From the human T2T-CHM13v2.0 reference genome, Homo sapiens, in the NCBI RefSeq assembly GCF_009914755.1, contig NC_060936.1: DNA of 64,000 bases; one strand, 5' to 3'. The notes beneath the pieces were generated by a model. That model had not been told where the DNA came from, did not search any database, and worked only from the letters and a program-made list of their open reading frames with translations. This document shows positions 26,893 to 40,885 of this stretch, piece after piece (within the stretch, counting starts at the first letter, position 1; each line of letters starts with the position of its first letter). Made by a program: the position numbers and the translations under genes.

Positions 26893-27485
26893 ACGGAGAT
26901 TTCTCAAAGAACTAAGAGTGGCACTCCCATTCAACCCAGTAATCTCATTACTGGGTATATGCCCAAAGGAAAACAAATCATTCTACCAAAAAGACACATG
27001 TGTACACATGTTCATGGCAGCACTATTCACGATACCAAAGATAAGGCGTCAACCCAAGGTGCCCATCAACAGTGGATTGGATAAAGAAAATGTGATGTGG
27101 TACATATAGATCATGGAATGCTATGCGGCGATAAAAGAGGATGAAATTAATGTCCCTTGCTGCAACAAGGATACGGCTGGAGGCCATTATCCGAAGCAAG
27201 TTAACACAGAAACAGAAAACCAAATATTGCATGTTCTCACTTATAAGAGGGAGCCAATCACTGGGTACTCATAGACATAAACATGGTAACAACAGACACT
27301 GAGGACTACTAGGGGTGGGAGAGAATGAGAGGGGCAAGGGCTGAAAACCTAGCTACTGGGTACTATGCTCAGTACCTGGGTGGTGGTTTCATTCATATTC
27401 CAGACCTCAGCATCATGAAATATACTTTTGTAACAAACCTGCACATGTACCCCCTGATTCTAAAATAAGAGTTGAGAAAAAAGAA
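26893..27485 (+). mobile_element. L1PB/old L1PA 3' end (ORF2 tail and 3' UTR), 5'-truncated
   Basis: ccattcaacccagtaatctcattactgggtatatgcccaaagga...taacaaacctgcacatgtacccc...aaaataa; ORF 26918 gives the L1 ORF2 C-terminal-like peptide LPFNPVISLLGICPKE. Confidence 0.88.
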
Positions 27486-27776
27486 TATTTAAAAACTCAC
27501 CAAATAATATGGGATCCTTACTACTCTATCCTAGCTCCAATGTCTATGTTTTCTGTACCCCTTCTTCCCCTCCACTCTATCTTGAGATTAGGGGAAAAGT
27601 GAAGATGTGAGGGTAAGACAGAAACACTGAAAGGTGGTTATAATAATAACAATAATCTTTATTATAAGAAACTCAGTAAATGGGCATAAAGACGGTAGAG
27701 GAAGAGTTCTGATTTGCCCTTCATCCTTGGAAGAAGACAGAGAGGCTCTGCAACGGCACTGCCCAGGTTCAACTCC

Positions 27777-27925
27777 AGCCTCTGTAATCAGCAGCTGTGT
27801 GTCCCGGGCCCGGGCAGGTTGCTTGACCCGACTCTTCAGTGTCCTTGTCTTTCATCGCTCTTACCTCACAGAATTGTGAGGATTAAGTGAGCTCATAAAT
27901 GCAAAGTGTTCTGAACAGAGTTTAG
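27777..27925 (+). mobile_element. MIR
   Basis: caggttcaactccagcctctg...ttacctcacagaattgtgaggattaagtgag. Confidence 0.65.
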
Positions 27926-28439
27926 TAAGTTTCCATCATTACTATTCCTATTGCAATAACAAATACCATCATATAGTATTGCTCTTCAGCCCAGTGAGGT
28001 TGAGAAAACAAACTTAGATGCTATAACCAAAACACTTGAGAACAGATCAAGGGACACACGTAGACAGATGTGACTCTTTTTCATCACATCAAACCTGCAT
28101 TCCCTCCTCTTGGTGTCTGGCTTTCATGGAAATAGCTAAAGCATCTATGAGCTCAGCTTGGTGTCCCTTTGCTCAGGGTGGTCTATGAATAATGGAATGA
28201 TCCAGTGCCCTCAATATCCTGGGCACACTGCTAGAAACCCACACATTTGGTATTAGTCTCAGGTATTCTGTCTTGGGTCCACCTAGAAGGCCTTCATATT
28301 CCCTGTGAAGTGCTAGGTGATTTCTGCATTTATTAATTATTCTTTTGGTGTATGCTAATTGACTACATGTTAAGTGTGAGAGCAAGTTCCCAGAGGAAAG
28401 AAGAGGATCCTTATCCATCTCTTCACCCAGTTGCACCTA

Positions 28440-28745
28440 CTGACTCCTGCACCCAGAATGCCATTTTCTCCCTTGTCTACCTGGCAAACCCCTATTCATC
28501 CTTCAAAACCCAGCACAAATATAACCTCCTTTGTCAGACCTTTCTTAACATCCCCAACCTCCAAGCAGAGTAACTTTTTCTTGTGTAGTTTTTGGCCTAC
28601 ATTTTATCATCGACTTTCTGAAATTATGCCTAATTATTTGCCACACTGCATCTTGAAGGCAGGAGCGCCCTAATTTACGTCTGAATTCCTACAGCCTGAC
28701 GTAGCCTGGCACACAGTAGGTGTTCAATAGTGTTTGCTGAGTGAG
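28440..28745 (+). mobile_element. L2 3' fragment
   Basis: cctggcaaacccctattcatccttcaaaaccca...gcctggcacacagtaggtgttcaatagtgtttgctgagtga. Confidence 0.7.
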
Positions 28746-31700
28746 GCCCTTTCAGCCTATAGTAACTCTTTGGGGTCTTGGGTTCCATAAGTTTAAGATC
28801 TGCTTTTAGGTTGTGAACACCAGGCTGCCAAAGGGATCAAAAGTAAATATGACAGAAGATCTGTCAATAACATAAAACTCCAGAACAACCTACTGAAGAT
28901 TCTGGAACCCTTTTCTTGAATAAATTTTACAAGCGAGAAAGGATGATGTCACAATCCTAGTTCAGAGATGGAGCATAGACCCGTTGGCTCTCCATTGGCC
29001 TTCTCGGTTCCAGGAATGATTAAGTAGACATCTGGATATGTGTAGGGTGCATGTGGATGAAAAGAACCAGCTTGTCCCCACTTCCCCAATCGTGTTCACC
29101 CTTCCCACCTTGTTGAGGATGCCTCTTGCCTTTCTGCCCAAGTTGTTCCTCCTCCCTAGGCAGCTCAAGTCCCACCTCTTCCACAAAGCCTCTTCTGACC
29201 ACCCCAGTCCAAAGGGCAATCCCTCTGCTCTGGGTTCTGGGCAGTATGGCATAGACCAGGCTTCTAACTGGTTTGGAAATATGTTATTTGACTTCATAAT
29301 GGGAAATTCCTTTGAAAGAAAAAGTATTTCTCTTAGTCCCCTTGTTTCCTCTCCAGGGCCAGGCACAGTTTGGGACACTAGCATGTGTGTGCATGTGTAT
29401 GTGTGTGTGTTGTCATGGCAACACAATGTGAATAATCCGAATCGGAGATCCTGGTGTCATACATCTGGAACAAAATAAACTCATTTATGACATCTTCCAG
29501 CATGTACAATGTCTCTGAAACATTGAGATCTCAAAGAAACAAAACAGCTCCAAAACAGGGTGGAGAGCTCACATTCTTTCCTCGCCTGTCTGCCTGCCCT
29601 CCCCCCTGCCCACCTCCCCATATACAGAATGGAAACTTTCAGGGGAAAAGAATTTTGAACAGCTGTTGTGAGAGACCACACAGACTTCCCCACATCTGCT
29701 CGCACACAGCCGGTGAGCTCATTTCCCGGGGAGATGCTGTCTGAGTCTGTGGGGTCCACTTAAGGATACCTTGGGAGGGGCTGAGGAGAAAAGAGGAAGT
29801 GGCCCCAGGTGGAGGGGGAACTTTCTCATGTCAGAAAATTCACTGGAGACAGATTAAAGGGAGGGTGATCCCACAGATTCCTTCCTTGCCTAGGAGAGTT
29901 TGCTTTCTAGAAAGCCCCTTTGCTCATTATGTTTAAAAAGAGGTCTTTTCAAATTTACAACTGATTTTAAAAAGAATCTTGACTCCCATCAAGTCCTCCT
30001 CCCCTCGTCCAAAAAGCCAAAGTCAAGAAGCATTTCCTGGTTTAGAAAATATCCTACAAAGGATTAGGGCCACAGGCAATGACAGCTTCCCCCACGCTTT
30101 TTAACGTTGAAAGTAATATTCTGGTTTCTACAGTGCTCTGTGGACTCCAAAGAGCTTTTACCCATAGTAATGTATTAGATCCTCAAGAGGCTTTCTGGGA
30201 GAGACAGGGAAGATATTGCTAGCATTAGTGTTGACACCAGAATTGGTATTGATAAGCATATTGGCATTGGCATTAGGACGAATTAGTCCTGAATTTCCAG
30301 TGTTGAAGCTGAGGTTTACGGTAGTTTCGTGAATTGCCCAAGTTCACAAAGCAGAGCAGAGAACTTAGAGTCTTATATTTGACCTGTGAACCCCTTTTGC
30401 TAAACTATGAAGTCATCTTTCACAAAATAACAGCTCATTTGCAAGCTAGCTTTTCCTTCTTCTCCCATTTCTTGGACCCCCAGCCTCAGAAATCCAACCA
30501 AGCCCTGGGATTCTTATGGGTATGACACAATCACTTTCCAGGTTGGGTTTTGGCCCCATCCCCTGACAAAGAAGCAAGGAGAGGTCCAGAGAGGACACCT
30601 ATCTCTTTTGGAAATTCCATCTTCATCCTCTGGATGTGTAGCTGTGGCACCCAAACTAGATCAGGAAGTGGGAGATCTGGGTGCCCAGGCAGCCTCTGCG
30701 TCTACTGTCCACTGCTGTGAGTCATCTACCCTTTTCACCTGTCAAATGAAGAGTTTAAGCCAGTGATTTCTGTAGACGCTCCCAGCTCCAGTCTTCTGTG
30801 ATTAGGTGACGCTGTGATTCCATGACAGTCTTCAATGATTCAAGAGCAGACAGGTTACAGGGGTGGTGAATTTTCCTTGAGGGAACCTGTGCCTGGGACC
30901 CTTCCCTCCACACTCACTCACTCGCCCCATGCCTGCTGTCAGCCTGGAGCTGGCCTGGCCCTGCCTGGCTTGGAGACATCATTGTGCAGTATCAGTTGAA
31001 GGTTTGGGTGAGGGCGGGCTGAGGCTGGCGGGGGGGAGACTCACTGGGGTATTTTTTTCAGATGCATATGTCCCCTCTCAGGCAGCCCTTTCAGAGCTCT
31101 GGACAATGTGCTCTTTTTGTCTCCAGCCTTTTCAGCCGCCTGTTCATTCTCTTTGCATCTGCTGTCACACAGGACATCCCGGCTGGCAGGCGACCACGGG
31201 GACACATTGTGCTCCCTTAATGAAGCATAGGGCTGGTGATACAGGGCTGGGGGGGCAGGCTGCAGAAGCAAGGGGTGAGCAGAGGGGCACCCCATCTTTC
31301 TACTCCAGGCTCCTCCTGGGGGAAAGGACAATTGGCCCCCCTTTTATTCCTCATGGTCCAAATGGATGTGCCTGCAAGAAAGGAACTCACTCGTTTCAAG
31401 GGAGAGGCTTTGGTGACTGGGGTGGCAAGTGGGTGATGGAAGAGAGAGAGCTCAGCTTCTTCTTCAGGAAAAAGGGCACTGCTAAGCAGGTGGGCAGGAG
31501 GTCCTGGAAAAAGGAGCATTAGCCAAGAGCACTTTGCCCACATCCTTTTCACAGAGAGGCTCCAAACATCATGCAACATGCAACTAGGAAGAAGAGGACA
31601 CTGGGGCATCCCCTTCCATTCTTTAAAAGCTTATGGTGTCACCGTCCACCTGGGGTTAGTGTCTAAGAAGTTAGTCCTTGATCCAGGAGGCTTGGTGAAA

Positions 31701-33224
31701 TGAGAGCTGAGGGTCCCTTCAGGTCCTAATGTGTTGTAGGTGGAGGCCCTCTCCATCCAGGTAAAGAAGAAAGAAGGATGGCTCCAGGAGTTCACATAAC
31801 ATGGCCAAAGGCCGGGCAGCGTGCAGCAGAATGCAAGATGAGCGGCCAGGTTATAGGGCGAGATCATGAAGGATTCTTCCCCGGCCCCAAATGTTCTTTA
31901 AGAGTGTCCTCTCACCATCCCTCCTCTCATCCCCCAAGAATAGAGAAAAATGAAATCAGCAGAATCCCGGAGAGCAGAGGTTTTTCCTCCTTGTGTGGCT
32001 TGTAACAACAAATCTCTGATCTTTTCACCAGATGAAGGTGATGCCACCAAGGCTGATGACTATCTGTGCTGCGGGTGTGGCTGGCAGGCCCCAGGGCACT
32101 TCCCACCATGAAGCCAGCCAGATAAGGCAGCCCTGATGTTTTTAAACAAGGCTACCCATGATAGTGCGGGCTCCACCTGCAGCTCTCAGGTCAGCAGAAC
32201 TCCTTTCCCCAAAAGAGAGCCCCTCTCCCCCAGGCCCCTTTCTGCTTGCTGTGGAGTTACCTTGCAGAAGCCCAGGGTTCACTACAATGTTCTGGCATGT
32301 GCAGATGCCTTCCCAACTCTTACTACAACTTGGAGTTTGTCTTTCTGGTCTGTTTACTGCACCCCGCCCCCCCCCACCCCCAGCCCACCCCTCACCCTTC
32401 CTGGCCTGCTTACCCGCCCACCACCCAAAGAAAAAAGCCTGGGCCTTGTCCAACAAGGCCCCCTGTCCCCTTTAACAAGCGAAGTGTGCTGGCATTGCAA
32501 TTGGTGGTCTTCTCCCCTGAAGGTCGTTAATTAGTACAGAATGTAGACTTCAGTTGTCTTGCCAGCCCCGATGAAAACGCAGCTGGCAGGTAGCCGAGAC
32601 AGAGGAATTTGTCATAGGTTAGATCAGCTCAAGCTCTAAGGACCAAGTGTACAGCTTATGCAAATAGTTTTGCTTAGCATGGATCCTGTGTTCTTATTCC
32701 CCCTCTCTCCCCCCAAGATTTTTTTTTTAACTGAAGGGTGGGGAGGGAGTGGGGGAACAAGGGAAGGAGGGAGAACAAGCACTTACTTGCCAGATCTCAT
32801 TCTAAATCAGAAAGGAGCAAATTGCTTTCCCTAAAAAAGAAAAAGGCAGGGAAAAAAGAAGACAAAACACCCATCCTTTGGTCTAATGTACCGAGCATTT
32901 GAAAGCTGAATTGCTCAATAGGAAAGACTAGCAGTGAGTGTATTTGGAGAGACTATTATCCCCATCAAAACCCATTCACACTCTCTGGGAGGCCTGCAGA
33001 GCACCTGGGTGGGGACTTGGAACATTGGGGTTCTGTTCCTCTCCCTGCCCTGATGGTGTCACCTCCTCAATCCTGCCCTGGTTTTCCCAACTTTGGCAAA
33101 CACTTAGTGCTAGCCTCAATTAGACAGAGCATCTGGGCACCCACGAATCCCAGAAGACAGAAGAGTTATGGTGGCTTCTCTCAGCATGTGCAGCACTAGC
33201 TTGGCATACTATAAAGACCTGTGA

Positions 33225-33410
33225 CCTCAAAGTCCGGCGGGCCAAGCCAGTTATGAGCTGTGTGATTTGGGACACTTCTCTTAACCTCTGTGAGCTTCAG
33301 CTCCCTCATCTATAAAAACAGGGACAGCCATCTTTCCCTCATATTCCCTCAGTGGTTTACCTGGCACCTAGTAAGGGCTCAATTAATACTTGACGAGAAT
33401 GAATGAAGCA
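33225..33410 (+). mobile_element. MIR/L2-tail fragment
   Basis: gctgtgtgatttgggacacttctcttaacctctgtgagcttcagctccctcatctataaaa. Confidence 0.65.
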
Positions 33411-33631
33411 AGATAACGAGGTAACAAGCATGCTGCCTGGTGGGCAGTAGATACTCAGGAAAGTGTTGGCATGCTGATTATGGTGATGAGACCGAAAAAT
33501 AATCAAGAGAAAAGTTGGATTTCAAAGTTGTAAAATTGCACTGAAGGCATTGAGTTGGCTCAACATTGGTGGAAGTGAAGATGAGGGGTGGGGTGGGAGT
33601 AGGAGAAGAAAACCTCAGGGTTTGTCTAGGA

Positions 33632-33842
33632 CAGGGATTTTTAATCTCAGAGTTATTGACATTTTGGACAGGATAATTCTTGGTTGTGGAGGGTTTTCCT
33701 GTGCCGTGTAAGATGGTTAGTAGCATCCTCTACCTGCTAGATGCCAGTCGTACCTTCCTCAGCTGTAACAACTAAAAATGTCTCCAGACATTTCCAAATG
33801 TTCCCTAGAGGGCAGAGTGTCCCCAATTGAGAATTACCACTG
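33632..33842 (+). mobile_element. MER20 (hAT-Charlie)
   Basis: tattgacattttggacaggataattctt...aaaaatgtctccagacatt...gagaattaccactg; degenerate 8-bp TSD gtctagga/atctaaga. Confidence 0.88.
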
Positions 33843-35072
33843 ATCTAAGATAATTTCCTCCAGGAAAGCTGATGAGCGATCTGGTGAACTCCGTAGACTG
33901 TGGCTATGCGATACTTACATTTCAGCTGCTACCTAACACTGTGGCAGAAATAGCAATGACTTGCTTAAGGACTACTCTGAAGGTCAAAGGAGGATGTGAG
34001 CCAGACTGATGAAAAAGTTATTACAGACTTCAAGTTTCCAGACCGGTATGTAAGGGGTTTGGAAGTTGCCTCTCTGTCCTAATAAGTAAAAAGATGAACA
34101 AACTGAAAAAATCAATAATTCTCCTTAAAACTATCAGGCATGTGAAATCACAGGGTAAACTGCTGCCCCCAAAATTGGAGAGACAGACAGGTGAATACAG
34201 AGAGTTACAACCTAACTGGAGCCGGAACCTACTCACAGAAACCACTGCAGGAAGCAACGCCCGCCTTGGAAAACTGAACTGTAACTGACAAATTACTGCA
34301 GGCTCAGTGTGGACAAGTTTGAGAGTTAAACACTCCGGTGAGACCCAGTCATAGAGGGGTAACCACATTTTTGTGAGTTTTACTGCAGGAGCTCCACCAG
34401 GTTCTTACAGTGAGTATCAGAGGAAAGTCCCCTTGTATTCCTAGCAGGTAAAGAGCGAAAAGAACCATTCTGAAATACACCAGAGTACTCTGTCTCCCCT
34501 CAAGAGAAACTGTTCTAAAAGAGCCTAAAATGTTGGAGTTTTACCAGAACCTAGCTAAACTGGGGAAAGGGAAATATACCAAACTCCAGCCCCCAGAGTC
34601 ATTCTGTCCCACCCAAGGGCAGGGTGTGGGGACTGAGATGCACTTGTGAGGTTCACAGCCCAGGGGCACAGGTTCACTAAGAGATTGAGACCTGCTCCAG
34701 AGGACTATAGAATGTTTACTCTCCTCTCATGCCTTGCCACCACACACTAACGGCCTATTTACAGCAGTTCCTTCTATCCAGTATGTCCAGCTATCAAGAA
34801 AATTACAAGACATATTAAAAGGCAAAAATCACAATTTGAAGAGACGGAAAAAGCATTAGAACCAGACTCAGATACAACAGGGATGTTGGAATTATCGAAC
34901 TGGGAATTTAAAACAGCTATCATGATTAATGTGGTAAGAGCTCTAGTAAATCAAGTAGACAGCGTGTAAGGAAAAGATGAGCAGTGTAAGCAGAGATGGA
35001 AATTCTAAGAAAAAAGCAAAAAAAAGGTTAGAGTTAAAAAACACTAGAGATAAAAAAAAATTAGCTAGAGAT

Positions 35073-35586
<514 letters not shown>

Positions 35587-36206
35587 TCAGAAGTAAAAGA
35601 AAGAAATGAACAGAATAAATATTTGAAGCAACAATGACTGAACATTTCCACAAATTTGTGTTTGGTCAGACATTAAACCACAGATCCACAGATCTAAGAA
35701 GCTCAGAGAACACAAGCAGGATAAATACAAAAACAAAAAACCATAAAACAAAAACCAACTATATTTAGACATATTGTATTGAAACTGCAGAAAATTCAAA
35801 AGTAAGAAAAAGTCTTGAGAGAGGCCAGAGGAAAATGCACCTTATCTATAGAGGAACAAACATAAGAATTACCTCCAACTTCTCATCAGAAACTGAGCGA
35901 AGAAGAAGAATAAAACGGAATCAGGTAAAATGCTCAATTGAAACCACAAAAGGCAATGAATAGGAAACCAAAAGCACGGCAACAAAAGCGAAAATTGACA
36001 AGTGGGACTACAGCAAACCAAAACACTCCTGTCAGCAAAGAAAACAGTCACAGAATGAAAAGGGAACACAAAGAACAGGATAAAATATTTGCAAATTATA
36101 TATATAGTAAGAGATTAATATTTTAAAAATATAAGACGTCTACAACTCTATACCCAAAAGAGAAAAAAATAAACAAAATAAACAACCTATTAAAACACAG
36201 GCAAAG

Positions 36207-36614
<408 letters not shown>

Positions 36615-37301
36615 TCACTAATGACAAGGGAAATGCAAATCAAAATGACAATGAAATATCACCCACATCCATTAGGATGGCTACGATCAAAAAACCAGGA
36701 AAGAGTAAGCACTGATGAGGATATGGAGATGATGATTGAGGAGGATATTGGAACCCTTGCGCACTGTTGGTGAGAACTGAAAATCATGTAGCCGTTATGG
36801 AAAACAGTACTGAGGTTTCCTCAAAAAAAATCACAAATAGAATTACCATAAGATCTAGTGATCTCACATATAGATATTTATCACAAAGAACTGAAAGCAG
36901 AGTCTTGAGTAGATATTTGCATTCTGATGTGCATAGCAGCATAATTCACAACAGCCAAGGGGCGGGAACAATCTAAATGTCTATCAATGGATGAATAGAT
37001 AAGCAAAATGTGATATGTACATGCAATGGAATATTATTAAGTCTTAAAAAAGAAGAAAATCCCATTATATGCTATAACATGTCTGAATCTTAAGGACATT
37101 ATTTTAAGTGAAATAAGCCTGTGATGTAAGGACAAATCTTACATGATCCCACTTATATGAGTATCTAAAATAGTCAAACTCATAGAAGCAGAAAGTAGTA
37201 TGGTGATTACCCAGAGTGGGCAGAGGGGACTGTCCAATGGGTAGGGAGTTGATGTCCAATGGGTATAGAGTTTCAGCCATACAAGTTGAAAAGTTCTAGC
37301 T

Positions 37302-37539
37302 GGCCGGGCGAGGTGGCTCACGCCTGTAATCCCAGCATTTTGGGAGGCCGAGGCGGGGGGATCACGAGGTCAGGAGATGAAGGCCATCTTGGCTAACACG
37401 GTGAAACCCCGTCTCTACTAAAAATACAAAAAAATTAGCCGGGCGTGGGGGCGGGCGCCTGTAGTCCCAGCTACTCGGGAGGCTGAGGCAGGAGAATGGC
37501 GTGAACCCTGGGAGGCGGAGCTTGCAGTGAGCCGAGATC
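37302..37539 (+). mobile_element. AluY, 3'-truncated with no tail
   Basis: Near-consensus AluY ending at gccgagatc and joined directly to L1 sequence. Confidence 0.93.
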
Positions 37540-38360
37540 AAAAGAATCACCTTTGAAAAAAATTGATAAGCTGGACTTTACTAAGATTAAAAAACTTCTG
37601 CTCTAAAAAGACACTTTTGAGAGAATCAAGACAAACCACAGAGTGGGAGAATATATCTTCAAAACACATAACTGATAAATGACTTGTATTCAAAATATGC
37701 AAAAAAAAAAAAAAAACCTCTTAAACGCAACAGTAAAGAAACCCAATTACTCAATTAAAAATAGACGGAAAATTTGAACAGATACCTCATCAAGGACGAC
37801 ATAGAGATGGCAAATAAGTATACGAAAAAATGCTCAACATCATTTGTCGCTAGAAAATTGCAAATGAAAGCAATAATGAGATATCACCACACACCGGCTT
37901 CAATCTGCAACATCCACAAATCTGACAATATAAATTGTTGATGAGGATGTGGAGTAACAGGAAGTTTCATTCATTGGTGGCGGAAATGCAAAGTGGTACA
38001 GGCACTTTTGAAGGCAGTTTAAGAAACTGCCAAACTGTCTTCAAAAGTGCCTGTACCATTTGTGCTGCTGGGTATTTATGCAACTGGATTTGAAATTTAT
38101 GTCCACACAAAGTTGCACACAAATATTTACAACAGTTTGATTTATAACCACCAAAAACTGAAAGTACCAAGATGTCCTTTAATAAGTGAATGGATTAAAC
38201 AAAATAGGCACATCCAAGCAGTGAAATACTCATCAGTGATTTAAAAAATGGAACAAAAAGTGGCAAAAATACATGGATGAAACTTAAATGCATATTGATA
38301 AATGAAAGAAGCCAGTCTTAAAAGGCAAAACTACAGCAATGGTTTTAAAAATCAGTGGCT

Positions 38361-38640
38361 GGCCGGGCACAGTGGCTCACATGTGTAATCCCAGCACTTT
38401 GGGAAGCTGAGGCAGGTGGATCACAAGGTCAGGAGTTCGAGATCAGCCTGGGCAACATGGTGAAACCCCATCTCCACTAAAAATACAAAAATTAGCCGGG
38501 CATGGTGGCGGACGCCTGTAATCCCAGCTACTTGGGGGGCTGAGGCAGAGAATTGCCTGAACCCGGGAGGCAGAGGTTGCAATGAGCAGAGATTGTGGCA
38601 CTGCACTCCAGCTTGGGCAACAGAGTAAAAAAAAAAAAAA
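38361..38640 (+). mobile_element. AluS (Sg7-like)
   Basis: ggcagagaattgc variant; lacks terminal gagactccgtctc; perfect TSD aaaaatcagtggct. Confidence 0.93.
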
Positions 38641-39734
38641 TCAGTGGCTGACAAGGGCTCATGAGACAAGAGGAAGGGTTGAATAGGTGAAGTACAAGAA
38701 ATTTTTTAGTGAACCTATTCAGCATGATTCTGTAACGTTGGATACTATTTGTCAAAATTCAAAATTCATTGCACTTTTCAGCACAAAGAATGAATCTTAA
38801 TGCATACAAATTTTAAAAAAATCATTTAAGAGGTTGAGAAACATCAGAATGGAATGATAAAGGTGATGAAGCAATCTAACTCTATCATAAATACATAAAA
38901 CAACCTCACTGTGGGAGTTGGGAAAAGAGCTGACCTAAACAACTTTGGAAATGAATAGAATCTGTAAGACTACAGTCAAAAGAAATGATACATAAACACC
39001 AAACTCTCCCTGGTAGGTTGTTTCCCGTGGGGATATGAGTACACAGCCTGACACTACACTACCATACATGTATACTGGAAATGAAAAATTAAGTAAATGG
39101 ATGGTAGGTGGTGGTAGCCAGATTTTTACTACTGGACTAGGGAATTACAGGTTTGCTAGGGGAGGAGGCTAAAATTAACCATGTGGTAATGGTTTTGAAT
39201 TGAAGACATTAGTATGAATTTACGTACATAGATGTTTACACATAGAAATACGTATAGACTTGTACACCCACAGGTTAGTGAACACACATACATTTCCTTG
39301 ATATGCCAGCTGAAATGGCATAGAACCAATGGGTCTCCAATAGCAATGAGCACACCTAGCACCCAGATCTTGATTTCTAACACCATTCTTCAATTAAAAA
39401 ACAAACAAACAAACAGACAAACAAAAACCCAGACTCCTTGAAGAAATATCTGATTCTAGGACTAGGTCAGAAAATTTACAAAATGAATCTGGAACATCTT
39501 GTATTGCCAGAAAGTAAGGAAGTACTGAAAAATTACAGTGAGTGAAGATTAAAGTTAGATAATATATGCAAAAGCAGCTTATAAAGCATTATCATTTATA
39601 AGAATTTGTGCTAGGACTCATAAATGGGTACTGCTGCAGCCTGGATTTGACTCTCGGTCAAGGAACCAGTTCTGTGGAGGCATAAATCCTTTAACACAGG
39701 AAAAAACAAACATCTATAAAAATTAGCTTGATAC

Positions 39735-39882
39735 AACACAAGGAAATGATAAACGTTTGAGGTGATGAATATGCTAATTAACCTGATTTGATCATTACAC
39801 ATTTGTATACATATGTATCAAAATATCACTCTGTACCCCATAAATATGTACAATTATTATGTGTTAATTAAAAATAATAAAA
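39735..39882 (+). mobile_element. L1MA 3' end fragment
   Basis: gaaatgataaacgtttgaggtgatgaatatgctaattaacctgatttgatcattacaca...ctgtaccccataaatatgtacaattatt. Confidence 0.85.
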
Positions 39883-40754
39883 GCCAAAAGGAGCTAAATC
39901 TGAAGAAGAAAACCAAGAACAAATGGGCCCTGAGTAAGCTTCATGAGTTTTAGTGCATGAGTAGTATGATGTTTATTTTGACTGCTCTGAAGCCTTCCTG
40001 TTCCTAGGCTGTTGAAGTTGTACAGTAAGTAATTCTGAGTAAGAGAAATGTCACTGTATTTAAAGAAGTACAAGTCCTCGTTTTCATGGGCAACTTACAT
40101 ACACAAATTATCCCAGTCCCAAGTGACACAGAGATGCATATCCACCCTCTTACATATGTATTTTTTAAATCTATCAAAGTTATGAAGCCTAGATTGTAAA
40201 AGTCCTAGAAGGCTACCTGGAAGTTTGAGGCAGTAAGAATCGTTGACAAATATCTAAGTGGAGCTTCTTACATTCTAAACACCATGGCATTTTCTTTCTT
40301 GAAAAGGAAGTAAATTCACTGTCCTCAGTGTCCCCCCATCTAATCCATGTTCCACACTGAACTACATAAAAAAGTACAATCATTTTATTCTCCTGTCTAA
40401 AACTGTGTAATCCTTCTCCATGGCCAAAAGGAGTGCTTTTTTGACATTCCTTTGAAAGGAGTACAATGTTCCCAAATGAGCAACCCATTAAATAAAACAG
40501 CAACCCATTAAATAAAATAATAATAGCTCATAGCATGATCCACCAACCACTTGATGCAAGCAGGTGCCCCTGAGGCATCTCCAAAGGACCCCTGGGCCCC
40601 TACCCGGAACGGAGCTGGAGAAACCCTGGTCCAAGGGACATGATACAAACTCCTTAGCATGACACAAACAGCCCTTCACAATCTAAAATCTCCAGCCTCC
40701 TGTTGTGCTACGTCTTCCCATCCTTAGACCAATCTTTCGCATATGTGAACATCC

Positions 40755-40885
40755 CTGTACCTCAGTTTCCTCCTTTGTAAAATGGTGATAATAAAACTCA
40801 CATGACCATTGTGATCATCAGTTGAGTTAATAAACTTAAAGCACTTAGCTTAGTGCCTGGTACTTAGCAAGTGCTCAGCAAATAT
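40755..40885 (+). mobile_element. MIR
   Basis: cctcagtttcctcctttgtaaaatgg...aaagcacttagcttagtgcctggtacttagcaagtgctca. Confidence 0.75.

Noticed and set aside
30929-31522. 197-aa ORF
   Set aside because: GC-rich region with overlapping ORFs on both strands, no recognisable homology or convincing splice structure
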